From positions 16,868,848 through 16,932,847 of the forward strand of contig CM120643.1 of assembly GCA_051362555.1 (NCBI GenBank): 64,000 bases of DNA. The letters are read 5' to 3'. The DNA comes from Lingula anatina (taxonomy: Eukaryota; Animalia; Brachiopoda). The notes under the pieces were generated by a model. It searched no databases. It was not told the DNA's origin and worked only from the letters and a program-made list of their open reading frames with translations. Both the position numbers and the translations under genes were made by a program. Below are positions 23,332-36,555 of the stretch, one piece after another (the stretch's first letter is position 1; each line of letters begins with the position of its first letter).

Positions 23332-26300
23332 CCTTTTTGAAGTGTATGCAATGCAAGAGTCTGTCAATGTTGTAACTTGCATATTACAGCAATAACACTA
23401 AAGCAGGACATTATATGGATGAAACTTACCCATATCTTCTATATCACTAAGATATAGACAAAATATAAAATAACTTAATTTTTACAGATTATTCTTCCTA
23501 AGTTATGTTGTTTGTTTGTATAGTATGTTGACAGACATTTCAGTATTACCAAGATGTATACAGTGCAAGAGAAGGATGACCAATTCACAAAACAGGCTAA
23601 AGATATTTATTGCAATGTTTACATTTTTTTCCTCGGGCAGATATTGTGGTAACTCTATATCACACCAGTTGGTGATCAAAAATTGATGCAGTCATTATGA
23701 TAAAGATGTGTGCAGAAATATTTAAGCCAGACACATGAGATTGTTGACTATGCTTTAGCATATCTAGAATCAAATTTGATACATGTTTTACTACATTTGT
23801 ACATGCACATGACTGTGTAATTGTTATATGTGTGCATGTATCACAATGAGGTATTTTTATTACTCAGAAGTAGATTTGATGAATTGATTTTTTTTTTGTT
23901 TAAATAATAGGAAATCTTTTTGTCAGGCAAATTTTGCTTTGTAATCTGTCAGACTTTGCACCTAAATAAATTAATTGCTTTGAATTTATGTATATTAAAT
24001 TCCCTTTTGATACATGGCCATCTCTCTTAATTATCCCCATCTACAAATGAATTTATATAGTCTAAAACCATTGGTGTGTAATTTGAAACAATTTTTTAAT
24101 TACTCCACAAATATTGTGATGTTTAATTTTGCAATGGCATATACATGACTTTTTCCAACGAATATCCTTGGATCTACAATGTATACTAAAAATGTATAAT
24201 ATTCCATTTAACATTATATGAAAATGCTCGTGCTTGGATATAAAATGTAGGACAGTAATAAATGCTATGATATAAATAATGTAACATTTTTTGTCTTATT
24301 TCTTTTTTCATAACATCCAGTAGAGTTTTTATCCTGGTTGGAATAAAGACTCAATTTAGATAGATGCAGTTGAGTTAATTGAGAATTCCATATATATAGC
24401 AAATGCATTCTCAACTACCGCAGTGTTGTATCTCTGCTGTTCGTTTCCCATTTTGAACAGGTAGCAACTGAGCAATATGGCGAGATGACAGGTAAACAAC
24501 TCCTCTCTATATTAACTGGTGTGTTTTGTAGAGTTTTTCTGGACTTAAATACAAGATGGTGTATTATATTAATTAAGCTTTGTTAAGGGATTAAATGTCT
24601 GTTTTGTGGTATGTAGGTGTCATTGACTAACTATACTAATTCGGTTAAAATAATGCGACTCGTGGTCGTGAGAAAGTCGAAGAAGACAGAACTCAATGGA
24701 CCCAAGCCCACGCCGCAAGTAAGATGCTCGTCAAGAATAATTATTAAGTAGATACTTCCACCACTTTTTCATATTTCACGCTGTCAGAAGAATTTCAACT
24801 TAAAAGAGGAAACTAATATGATATAAAAATATTTATTTTTAATTTCTTGTGACTGACTGACCAACTACTGTACTACTACCAACTAAAACGTATGGTACCT
24901 ATACCTAAAACTTGTATGCTGGTACTGACATACATAACAAATGACTGGTGGAACATACATGAAAGCATGCGTGAACCGTGATGCTGAGAGCCACAGATGG
25001 TGTCATGACTCAAAAGTCTGGTAAATTATTTCCTTCAATCCCTCGCTGACAGTTCGTGGAAAATAAGTAAGGTTGTTTTTGTAGTAGGGCATTGCAAGCG
25101 ATTTTATGATTTTGTATACATTTGGCTATTTGCATTACTAGTGACCCACTAGTGTACTTAAGTAGTAGCATGCTGTCACTTTCCATATACTGAGTATTAA
25201 CCCATTGTAGCCCTCGTCATCAAAACAAACGGCAGCCATACTGGAGGGAGACCGGAATCGTCTGCTGCGCATGATCATGTCTACATGTACAATTTAGCAT
25301 TTAATTTCTGTGTTTTCTTTGATGTTAAACCGAGTAAAATGATGAATTACTGCAGGGTATATGATAGAGAGAAGATAAATAACTTAACAAGCGTTCACAG
25401 ACTGCCTGCAGTGGTAACAATCCAAGGTGTAGGGACGAAAACTGTAAACAGAGGAGAGACTGAGGAGTGGCTTTGAATCAAGACTCATCGGACAAGTAAA
25501 GGATAAAACTAATTTATTTTACAGCAAAGAATGAAGACCCAGCTGTGCAGCCTTTACCATAAAAGAAAAAAGTAGAAAACCAATGACCGAGGTGTATAAG
25601 ATATGAGTGCACGTACACTGCATATTAGTAGTGCCCAAAAAGTCTTGGTGGAGAGTGTGTTGTAAAAACGTGTGGAAATACCCAGGCAGGGTTTCGACTT
25701 TCATTATGAAGACTCACTTATTACCTTGGGTGTAATTTGTTATCAGTTATGGTGCTCTTTGGATTTTATCTGCTGTCATCTACCTCTTTAATACCTGGTT
25801 AGCATTATTGTCAATTAGTGTCAAGGCTACAGTACAATGTACACAGCTCAGCTGGGCCAATTAAATCAATTACCTGTGTCATGTGTATTTGGAAGTTAGT
25901 AGCTTGATTTTAGATTTAGTGTAGTGTTAAGAGTAAATCTGTTTTGTAAGTATATATTCTAGCTCAGGTACCATTTAATTGAATGAATTTATGAAATGAA
26001 TTTGAAAAATGTTGAATTCTGTGTTTTCCTACTGTATTGTGATGCAAGTTACAATATGAATAAAAATAACTATTGTAACCTTTTTTTGTTAATTTACATT
26101 TAGGAAATTAAGTTAATTAAGTTAATTTACATTTTCCCACCAAGCCACACTGAATGATTGGGTGCACATAAATCTTGGTTATCAAAAAAAAAAAAAAAAA
26201 AAAAAAAGGTGACAGGTACAAAAGGCAGCTAGATGGCACACAAGGTAGAAGCAGCGAAAAAATATTCTTATATCTTTGTGACCAGCTGAGGAGACAGGAT

Positions 26301-28203
26301 CTGAACATAAGGAGAGTGAAATTCAGTACATGACAGGAGTTATTTAATTGGATTTGTTTATTTATTTAATTGTTCATTTGTTGTTTTAAAGTTGTTATCC
26401 TGATAGCTTGCATACAACAAGGACAGGTTTTCTATTTATTTAGAATTGTGAGCAGAAGCACAAGAAGAAATGAAAACACTTTTTTCTTTCTCATATTTTT
26501 AAAGGCTAAATGGAATTAAAAGTTTGCAAGAAATATAAAATTTTGTATGGTGCACCTCCCACAGATGGTCTGATATGCAGAAACAGATGGCTGTTGTACA
26601 TGTACCTGTAGGTTGTGCATTTTTAAATTGTGACCACCAGTTGTGGAATTCTCCTAAATAAAATTACAAACTGCTTAGTAACACCATCTAAGGCCTTATA
26701 TGTACATACCCACACAGCACATATCAATTGTGAGTCTTCAATCAAGCATTTCTCGAGACATAGATTAAAAATATACTAAACAGGTTTCTCAAATTATGGT
26801 GGCTTGATTCGACTTAATATGCTCATGTACATGTTGCATTGCATCATTAAAAGTATGGAAATATTTTTCATGTCAGTGTTATCAACCAAAAGGAAAGGGA
26901 CCCTGATAATCTGTCATTGAATTGTGCAACAATGTTTTGCATTTCATGTTTACTTTTATCCATACAAATTGTGCATTTTCCTATATTTTCAATCAAATAA
27001 AGATCAATTCATGAACTGACTTGTTGTTATGTTACATTGAATGTCATAAGTTTGAAAAATACATTGCTTCTGTGAAGGTCTGGACTAATAATAAAATGTT
27101 AACAATGTTGCTACTGTGAATGGTTGAATTCATGGTAAAATGTTGAACTCTCAAACAACAGTCATGTTACAAATACTTCCTAATGAACCAAGATGAAGCA
27201 CAAGAATGCTGAAATAATTTCTGACAGCTTCATGATGTACAGTTAAATCATAGCTGACAGCAATATTTCTTGTCACAACCCTGCATACTCTCTTCTTTGA
27301 GTCCGTAAGGGTTGATCCCGATAGTCAGCTCAAATTTCTCCTTATATCTATCCTTTATGTACAAAGTTGCTTCTATGAAAGGTTGAACTTATGATTACAC
27401 AGTAAACTCTCTAAAACTATAACTTTTATTACCCAATGAACAAGAAAAATGAAGTACAAGATAACTGAACTAGCTTCTGACAACATTCCACGATGTTGGG
27501 ATACAGGGGTAGGTCAGGATTTCACGTCTTTGGACTGTCTTGAGTTTATATGGGTCGATCACGCTGATCAGCTGAAGTTTTCACATGTATATACTATTTT
27601 CCTTTTGGTGTACTTGATCACGATATGTAGATTGATTCATTTTATTTGGTTCACCTATATTTACGCTACTATTCCCCGTCGTTCTTTCCCTCCAGAATGG
27701 CCGCTGGACGAGTGTTACGGAGCAAATATGACGTCACTGTAATGGGTTAATAGGATTTGTTAATTGTAGCCAGAAAGGGGGTTATCTTCTTCAGGTGATA
27801 AGGTTGGTGAGTAATTGAGACACCCATACAGCAAGGATTGATTTGTCTTATCATTTTCCTATCACCATATTTTGCTGTGGGCCTTAAGGGATATTTAATA
27901 GTTAGATAAATGTCTGCGTGATGAGCAGCCTTGCAGTCAGTCCTACCTGTAGCATCAGACTGATGGAATCTGATGATTCCTAGTCTGCAAATTATGTCAG
28001 CCTCTGGTGTTACCTAACCAAAGGTACTAACTTGAGTTATTGATAGTTTTTAGCATATAAAAAGTCATATTGATGGCTTATGTAAAAGTAGTTTTACTTA
28101 GATATATCAATACGACTTTTTTTGCTGTTCTTATAAAATTGATTCACCAGTAAACTGTAACTGTTAATCAAGCTGCATTTCCTAAAAAGGTCTATCAGAT
28201 TAA

Positions 28204-28460
28204 GGCTTCGTTCACATGCAATGTCTATTTTCTAAATTCTATTTTCTATTCGCGCTATCTTATGATCACGGTCTGTGCACTGAATATCCCGCCGCGTAAT
28301 TACTGGCAGCGCGAGCCAGTTACTTATAGTAACTTATAGTAACTGGCTCGCACTGCCAGTAATTACGCCGCGGGATATTCAGTGCACGGACCGTGATCAT
28401 AAGACATACCGAAAATAGAAAATAGAATTTAGAAAATAGACATTGCATGTGAACGAAGCC
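28204..28460. mobile_element. Young, almost fully palindromic PIF/Harbinger (Tourist-like) MITE
   Basis: GGCTTCGTTCACATGCAATG... is mirrored across the whole 257 bp, with an exact TAA duplication on both sides. Confidence 0.92.
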
Positions 28461-28507
28461 TAAGTGCTCAATTTAAATGGATGCATGGTTATTGGCTGTT
28501 TCACAAT

Positions 28508-30410
28508 CAGGGGTACAAAATAGGGGTCACATTGAGAGAAAAATGAACTCTGATGCATTTGTTTAATTTTATAACAGATAAAAAGAATAACATCTTAACT
28601 ATGATATCCACAATTTTTAGAGCACAATATTAATTACTTTTTGTGATACGCTCAAATTAACAGAACGCCCCTTAGACTATGATCTGGGGGTACAGACACT
28701 ACACATTCAAGTAACTGATGCTTTTGTAACTGAAATGTCATATTGTTTACCAGTTATTTTTGCCAAAATTCTAAAAAATATCAAACTAAAGATATAACAG
28801 CAGTACTTTAACCACAAGGATACAAGTACATGTATTAATCAAAGAGTTTTTTAGAGAAACACCACAGCACGTTTTTCAGCGGATGCTGGAGCTTGGTTGT
28901 GTGTCATTCAGTGTGACTTTCATTCACCAGACTTTAATTTTAACTTTTCTTTCTGTTGCTTGACCTTTTTTATTTATTCATTTTTTTTTTTTTTTTTGTT
29001 TCAGTCTTGATTCCTGTTTTTGGAGTCTTTTCTTCTTTTTCATCTCTCGTTAATTTGCACCTCTTGTTCTACTGTTTTCAGGATTGTTGGGTTTCTGCTT
29101 CTCCTTAACTCTCTGTCAGTATGCCCTAATTTCTTCTCTTTACTTCAGTCTTTCTTGCTGGGCCAGCCTAGGATGATTCTTCATTTTTTTGCTTCTCTTC
29201 TATGTTACGTGCATTCAACGTATAATGTCTTCCTTACGTGCTTCAGCAAGATGATCTTTACGGATATTAGCTCTTTGACGTCTTTTTTTTTTTTCAAATT
29301 ATTTTTTGCTGAAAGTAAAATTTTCAGTATCCCTTTTTCTTTTCCTATTTGGCTTTTTGTTTATTGTCATCCATATTTGATACTTCATTCAATTTCATTG
29401 AGAGTATAATAAATGTACTGTTAATTATGCATGTATTGAAGTGTTCGTACCGCCTCAAAATATATCATATACATTAATCCATAGAATATTAATCCATATA
29501 CAGTTTATTATTTTGCAATTAGCTATATTTGGCAATATATTCAAACCAATAAATTATATTGTTCATTTTGAATGCATAGAGTAGCATCTTTACTGATATT
29601 ATTTCTTTGCAAAATCTCTTGCCTGACTCTAATTAATCAGTATCCCTTTATCGAATATATATTTATATACAATGTTTTTTCTAAACATCACAAGACATGA
29701 ATGCATTTTATATAGTCTAAAACAATATTTTTTACCATATTTTGATGTTTTATCATCATTGATAAGTAACCAGTTATCCAATGGTTAATGTATAACTTGG
29801 GGGTACGGACACTACAGTGGGGGTACAGACACTACATTTGGCACCAAATTCTTGCATATCTTTTCATAATAAGGGGTTATGTGCTATTTTCTTCCTGCAA
29901 AATAAATGTCAGTGTAGACATTATAGAATAATAAAATCAGATAGAATATGCTATGATTCCTAAATAAAACGGATAGTGGGGTACGGACACTACAAAAAGT
30001 AGGAGACACCAAGGGGCTCATAATTATAAATACCATAGCATTAATAATAATGGTTACATATGCACAACTCCTTTATTATGTTTAAGTCATAACATGGTAA
30101 ATTCATCTTATTATCACGTAGGTGATTTCAAAGTAATATTTGGCCTTGTCAAATATGTTTTTCATTGCATTAACAAAAATAAGTGAAATGTGTACCAAAG
30201 CCCGTTTCTGCAAAATGGTTAAAATATTTCTTTTTCTCATAACATATCTTTGGATGAACCTGCTAGAAGAGAAGACAGATGTTGTGGGAATTATATACCA
30301 ATATCATATTCACCATAAATCACTGACATAAAGAGCTAGTGCATCATCTTTATGACCTTAATTGCAAATGACCCACCGTAACAGCTAAAAATGGGTCCTT
30401 TTTGAACACA
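28508..30410. mobile_element. Probable decayed DNA transposon carrying GGGGTACRGACACTACA repeats
   Basis: The 17-mer occurs at 28687, 29800, 29820 and 29978. A Lys/Glu/Arg-rich, stop-interrupted minus-strand stretch lies at ~28900-29350. Boundaries are uncertain. Confidence 0.4.
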
Positions 30411-30455
30411 TAATTGGCTATATTTTTGTAAATTGTAATCTGATTATTATAATTC

Positions 30456-32318
30456 TTTTTATGTACAGACACAGATGTGTCTGTACATATAGCCATCATC
30501 TGCGTCTGTCGTTGCCGTCGTCGCCGTCGTGCACTTTTACCGATAACACGATAAGTGGAAAACCATTTTACCTTTTGACTTGAAACTTGCAGAACTGATG
30601 AATATTCATAATACGCAGGTCAAGTTCGAAAATCAGCATGATCGGGTCACTATTAGGGAATTTATGCTGTTTTTTCACTTTTTTCAGCATATATGCAGCA
30701 CCGATAACACGATAAGTGGAAAACCATTTTACCTTTTGACTTGAAACTTACAGAACTGATGAATATTCATAATACGCAGGTCAAGTTCGAAAATCAGCAT
30801 GATCGGGTCACTTTTAGGGAATTTATGCTGTTTTTTCACTTTTTTCAGCATATATGCAGCACCGATAACACAATAAGTGGAAAACCATTTTACCTTTTGA
30901 CTTGAAACTTACAGAACTGATGAATATTCATAATACGCAGGTCAAGTTCGAAAATCAGCATGATTGGGCCATTTTTAGGGAATTTATGCTGTTTTTTCAC
31001 TATTTTCAATATAAATGCAACACTGATAACACAATATAAGAAAAACGGATTGGCCAATTGTAATTATACTCACAGGAGTGGTCAATCTTATTAAAACGCA
31101 GGTAGAGTTTGAAAATCAGCATAATCGGGCCATTATTTTAGAAGTTATACTGTTTTTTCACATTTCCTCAGATTCAATTATTAGGCATGTTAACAGTCTC
31201 ATTATTTAACTAATAAGATGTCTAAAAGTGTTTGTTTGATATTTCCTGCATCTTTACAACATTGTTAGTTGATTATGTAAAAAACATGGTAAACTTGTTA
31301 TCATGTATTGTGTAATAAAGTGTCAAAAATGGAAATAAACTCATATCATTGCAGTTTGTCAGATTCAATCATCCACTATGTTCAGAATCTCAGAATGGAG
31401 GAAATTGGACATTTAACACTGTTCTATTGATACTTTTCCCATCTCATCAATTTTCTTAGTTGGTCATATAAAAATGGCAGTAAAATGTTTATTTTGTTTT
31501 ATGTTAAAAAAGTGTTAAAAATGGAAATAAACCCATTTCAGAACAGTGCTGTCTTGTTTACATTTTGGCATTTTCAAGGTGTGACTTTGAAGTTCCATGG
31601 GCCTGAAGACCTTTGCTCGTCGCATTTTCTGAATATCTGTGAAACAAATATTTTATAATTAAAAATTGATGGTCATTAAGCTGTTAAACATTATGTAATA
31701 TTGCATCAAAATTTGAAGAAACCCCTTTTTTGGACACTGCTTCCATGATGACCATTTAAGGAAAATCAAGTCACTTACTGTTCTCAAACTTACAGGAAAG
31801 AAACATGGGACTAAAATACAGCTTCAGTAGGCAATGCAGTCTGTTTGGTATTTTTATTTATTTATTATTTTTTTTTTTGGCAGTTAAACAGTTTTTTGTG
31901 AAAATTTAATTTTTCACATATTGGCATTTTCAAGGTGTGACTTTAAAGTTCCATGATCCTGAAGACTTTTGCTTGTCATATTTTCTGAATGTCCATGTTA
32001 CTAATATTTTATTAATAACATTTGATTGTCATTATGCTGTTAAACATTATGTAATGTTGCATCAAAATTTGAAGAAACCCCTATTTTGTGCACTGCTCCT
32101 ATGATGACCATTTAAGGGAAATCATGTCACTTACTGTTCTCAAACTTACAGGAAAGAAACATAGGTCTAACATACAGCTTCAATAGGCAACGCAGTCTGT
32201 TTGGTAAATTTTTCTGGCAATTTAACAGTTTTTTGTGAAAATTTAATTTTTCACTTATTTGCATCTTTATTTTCTGTTTTTTTTTTGTCTGTACATTTGA
32301 CAGCTTTGCTGCCTTGTT
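30456..32318 (+). mobile_element. Non-autonomous Helentron/DINE-1-like element (HINE) with internal satellites, copy 1
   Basis: 5' TTTTTA followed by the hairpin tgtacagacacagatgtgtctgtaca and a (CGT)-rich tract, then 4 x 161-bp units (30540, 30701, 30862, 31023) and 2 x ~356-bp units (31565, 31921). The 3' end has subTIR tgtctgtaca and stem-loop cagctttgctg, ending in T-rich sequence. Confidence 0.85.
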
Positions 32319-32780
32319 TTATTTTGCTCCTATGAACAGTGTCTTTGATATTAGTCTATCAGCAATCTCCAATCATAAATTGTTAATTTATCAGACGCTT
32401 GTAACATTAACCACATTTAATTGTTCACCCTGATTGTGAAACAGCCGTTATATACTTGAATTTTGTAAGGTGTAGTTTTTTTTTCAAAGGTTGGTGTAAA
32501 AATGTTTTGACAAATTAGGCTTATGTTTTTCTGAATATATGTCCTGTTGCAAATGACAGTTTGGCATATATCAATATGTCCAAGCTGCCATATTAATAGC
32601 AAATGTTTAGTTAATAGGCAAACCTCATTCTCAGCCAAATTAGTCAAAGAAAATGAATTGCACATTTCTTGCCTGATCAATACCTGCATTCAGGTAGATT
32701 TCTAAAGAGTTTCAACACAGCCATAAAATGTAACAATCAGCGTGACATAAGCTTCTAGAAACCATAGCTTGCAAAAACAA

Positions 32781-32934
32781 ATTGGCTTCGCAGATTGCGC
32801 ATAATTTCCCGTCAATAATTAATATCATTGGGCGAATACCTGTGTGATTGGGCTCTTATACGAAGTTGCCAGATACAGACCCCATTGGACGTCTTGACGT
32901 GTATTGGGTTTGAACCGAGTTGTTGCTATTTAAA
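32781..32934 (+). promoter_or_regulatory. CCAAT-rich promoter upstream of the uncharacterised gene
   Basis: ATTGG at 32781, 32827, 32847, 32884 and 32903; TGACGT at 32895; TTTGAA at 32909; TATTTAAA at 32927. Locally CpG-rich. Donor AAG|GTGAGT downstream at 33529. Confidence 0.6.
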
Positions 32935-35900
32935 GAAAGAGATATTATGGAAGGTGTAGTTTAGCTAGAGAAAAGGTTAATGAAGCATTGAGGGATTATT
33001 TTGAGATCACACCTGGAAGACGATTCACTGAGATGAAGCTTACAGAAGATATTTTCCAATCGAAAACTTTGGCACAATAGATCTTGATTATCCATTTGCT
33101 TAGGAATTTGATAAATTTAGGAACAACTTCATTGAACTTTGACGTAAAGGATATATACAGGCATGGTACAATTTTCTACTGCATGCATCTGTGAGAAATG
33201 AACCACATAAATGAGGAGTCGAGGGCATTTATTCAAAAATGTGTTGAAATCAGCAGAAGCAAATGCCATGTTCTGTAAAACTCACTAGAGCCACTGGCAA
33301 AAGATTTCTGGATTAATTTAGCACTGAAAAATTGTGGATTTGTAATTAAAATGTTACTAGGAATGCGTTAACTTTGGAAACTTTATTAAGAAAATTGGCA
33401 TTCGTCTTATATATTCTACAGCCAGAAGGAATTGACATGTACCCAGATGTAAAAAATATAAATTAATAAATTATGCAAAAAGTTCTAAGGAATCTTTTTG
33501 ACAGACAAGGATAATTACTTATTAAAAAGGTGAGTCTTAAAAACATTCTGAACTTTTAAAGGTAAAATACTTGGTCGTGGTTATTTATTTTTAAATTGCT
33601 AAGTTATATTTAGGATGATAAAATGTAGTGCATTAATATCAGGAGATGGAGGGAGGTTAATGAAAGCAAAGCTCTGTAAACTTAAATACAGACATTTCTT
33701 TATATGTAAAGGATTATTTTTCAGATAAACAAACACCCCTTAAATCTATAAAGAATAGTGCTTGTTTAATTTTTTTAACAATGCAGAAAAAATGATAATA
33801 AATTTCACAATAACAAGACATGATCCAGACTGTATTTTTCCATGTATGTAGAAATGAACTTTTGCAAGGTTATATAGACATTCTTTGTTGGCATTTTATA
33901 CCTTGTATCACCTGTTTGTCAAATATTTTCACCTGGGGCAAGGACCCCATGTTCCAGGGTGCCACCCTGGGGGTCAGGTAATGTGTTTATGAACTGCACC
34001 CTGAGTTGCAAGGTTAAAAAAGATTTGCAGTTTTAATTAGTACTAGTCACAAAGTAGAAAAAAGGGGAAAAAAGTTCACTGTGATCAAAAAGTGAAGATC
34101 TTGTAGGAAAACCCAAAATAAAAGAAATTTTAAAGTTCTGTGAGTTGCCATGAGAACAGTGATTTTATGAATATTCTATTTGGCTGGGAAGTGAATTAAC
34201 AGTGACAGTATGACTCACCCATCCCACATTTTGCCTTTCGAAAATTATCAGTTTTTTTTTTTTTTCTGTCGTGAGTGTGTAAAATATTTTTATCATATCA
34301 GTTACGTGAACAGTCAAAAGAAATTAAATATACCTGCATCAGATAGACAGGAAAAATAGCCACCTGGGAAAACTTGTAGAGGTAGAGTAAGTCGAGGCTT
34401 TACTTCAAACCCAGGGTGGTGGAATAGGACAAAAGCTGTAATTTTCATGCCTCATTTGTTTTTATTTGCTCACCATTCAAATCCATTTCCTCCAAAAAAT
34501 AACAATCTTGTTTTCCCTTTTCAAAGCCTGCAATTCAGTGTCCTTTTTGAAACGAATAACCATTGTTTCTTTATATTTTCATGAACCATTTGCAGTTGCT
34601 TATTTTATTGTACTAGTAAAATTGTTTTGCACTGAAAGTCCACCAAGACAGGTTCTCTCAATGTTAAAGCAACTTAACTTTTATTACTATATAAGCATTA
34701 AATAATGTATTGCTGATAAGTGAGTTGGAAGGTTATATGAGATATGCAACCTTGGCAGCCTAGAGAGCTTTACCCGTGCTAAGAAAACTAAAATGTGATC
34801 TCTGAAATGAAGGGATTAACTGAAATATTTCACTCACAAATACTCAATTTTCTCTCCATGGCTGAGAGTTCATGGCTTAAATAAATCTCAAGTCTCACGT
34901 TCTACCATTTAAATGGCCAAATATTTACTATAAAAACATTCTCTCAGATGTTCTTAAGAATGTTCTCTTCGTCCATTAAATATTTATAATAGTTCAGAAA
35001 AGGTCGAAACTGGCCACTAATATTAATGCTATGGACTGTGAAGCATTTGCGACTGACCAAACAGACGGAGGAAGGATTTAGCACATAATACACCTTAATT
35101 GATGATATATCAGGTACCAAAAATAGAAGATCACTTGTGATATTTCATTACCGTAGAGATTTACTCGGGTTGGCTAAGGTATATAATGTTACTTTTAAGT
35201 AGACACAAATACTGTTGTATTTCATTTGGAGTTTTAAGTGTTTTTTATGTTTAACTGTGTTTGTGACTGAGACATTTATTTAAGTTCTTACTTTTTTTAG
35301 GAATGTGTTTTAATTTTTATTAGCAAGTATTTGAATAGAAAATTTAGTTTTTATGTGTGTAAATTTTGATTTAAGATACATTTGTATTAGACAGAAGGTA
35401 CAGTACTCTGTTGTAATTGCCACAGACAATAGCGTGTTGTTTACCTTGGTAACAGGACAAATGACCTATTAATATAGATTTGAAAATTGACGACCGCCAA
35501 GTCTACTTCTAAAAACCTTCACTGTTTTATCTTGGAGAAGTTGATAAATTAACAGACTTCCAAATGTTTATATGTATCTAGGTCAACCAGAGAATGTAAA
35601 TGTAAAATTTTCATTAAATGCTGATGACATTTTTTGTTGATGTTATTAAAAAAAAAAGAAAGAGAAAATTAATCAGCTATTTTTTTAGTCAGTTTGATGC
35701 AGATGTTGTGAAAATTAGGAATTGGACATTTGACTGACTCCATTCAGTAGTTGAATCACCTTTAATTACGTTCCATACCTGTTGTAGCCAACCAGGCAGT
35801 ATATATACACAGTACAGCTCTACTTCTGTTAGGATAACGAAAGCATTAAAATGGCTGACAGGGGTATTAAGCTCCATAGAAAAAAGAAATATTGATCAGC

Positions 35901-36555
35901 ATTTAATTTGCTTTCGGTAAATATAATAAAATCTGTAGAATTTTGAGAGTGTTAATGAAAAGAGTGGTGAAGAAGGGATTAAGAGATGAGGTTGAGAGGA
36001 CTTAAAAGGGGGTATTGTTTACTTGAAAATTTTGTTTAAAAAATTATTTGATTGCAATTTTAAGTATGTCTAGGTTATTAATGACTTAAAATAGCATCAA
36101 ATGGAATGACCAAGAGCAATTATCTAAATGAAATATTAGTATTGACCATTATTTCATTTGCTAAATTGAGTCCTTTTAGCACTGTTGTTTCTTTAAGGTT
36201 CTTCCATTTAAATAGTTCAAATACTCACTGGCTGTAAAAGTTGTGAAACAGTTTCAATGTGTTTTGAAAAATAATGCACAGCAGACATACATCATCCTGA
36301 CGTGAAACATGTGTATTCTGCTTTCATATATCTAATCCAAACTTAATTGCTCAGTCTTCTTCAAATTTGATCAAGACTATCAATATTTACTTAGTTCCCC
36401 TTCACTCTTTCAGGGAGGTAAAATAACTGTTCACATAGCCACAAGTCAGTAGTCAGCAGACCAAGAATAGCAGGCAGTGGAGTCGGAGTTCATGAGATGG
36501 CCGTCAACACTTGACGAGGATTTTGTAGAGAGGTTTTTGCACAAAAGGAGCAAAA

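Noticed and set aside
22974-23395. Overlapping ORFs of 68-129 aa
   Set aside because: They arise from GC-rich 16-bp repeats and are open in several frames.
29020-29409. 129-aa hydrophobic ORF
   Set aside because: T-rich antisense of a purine-rich relic, with a TTG start and no exon context.
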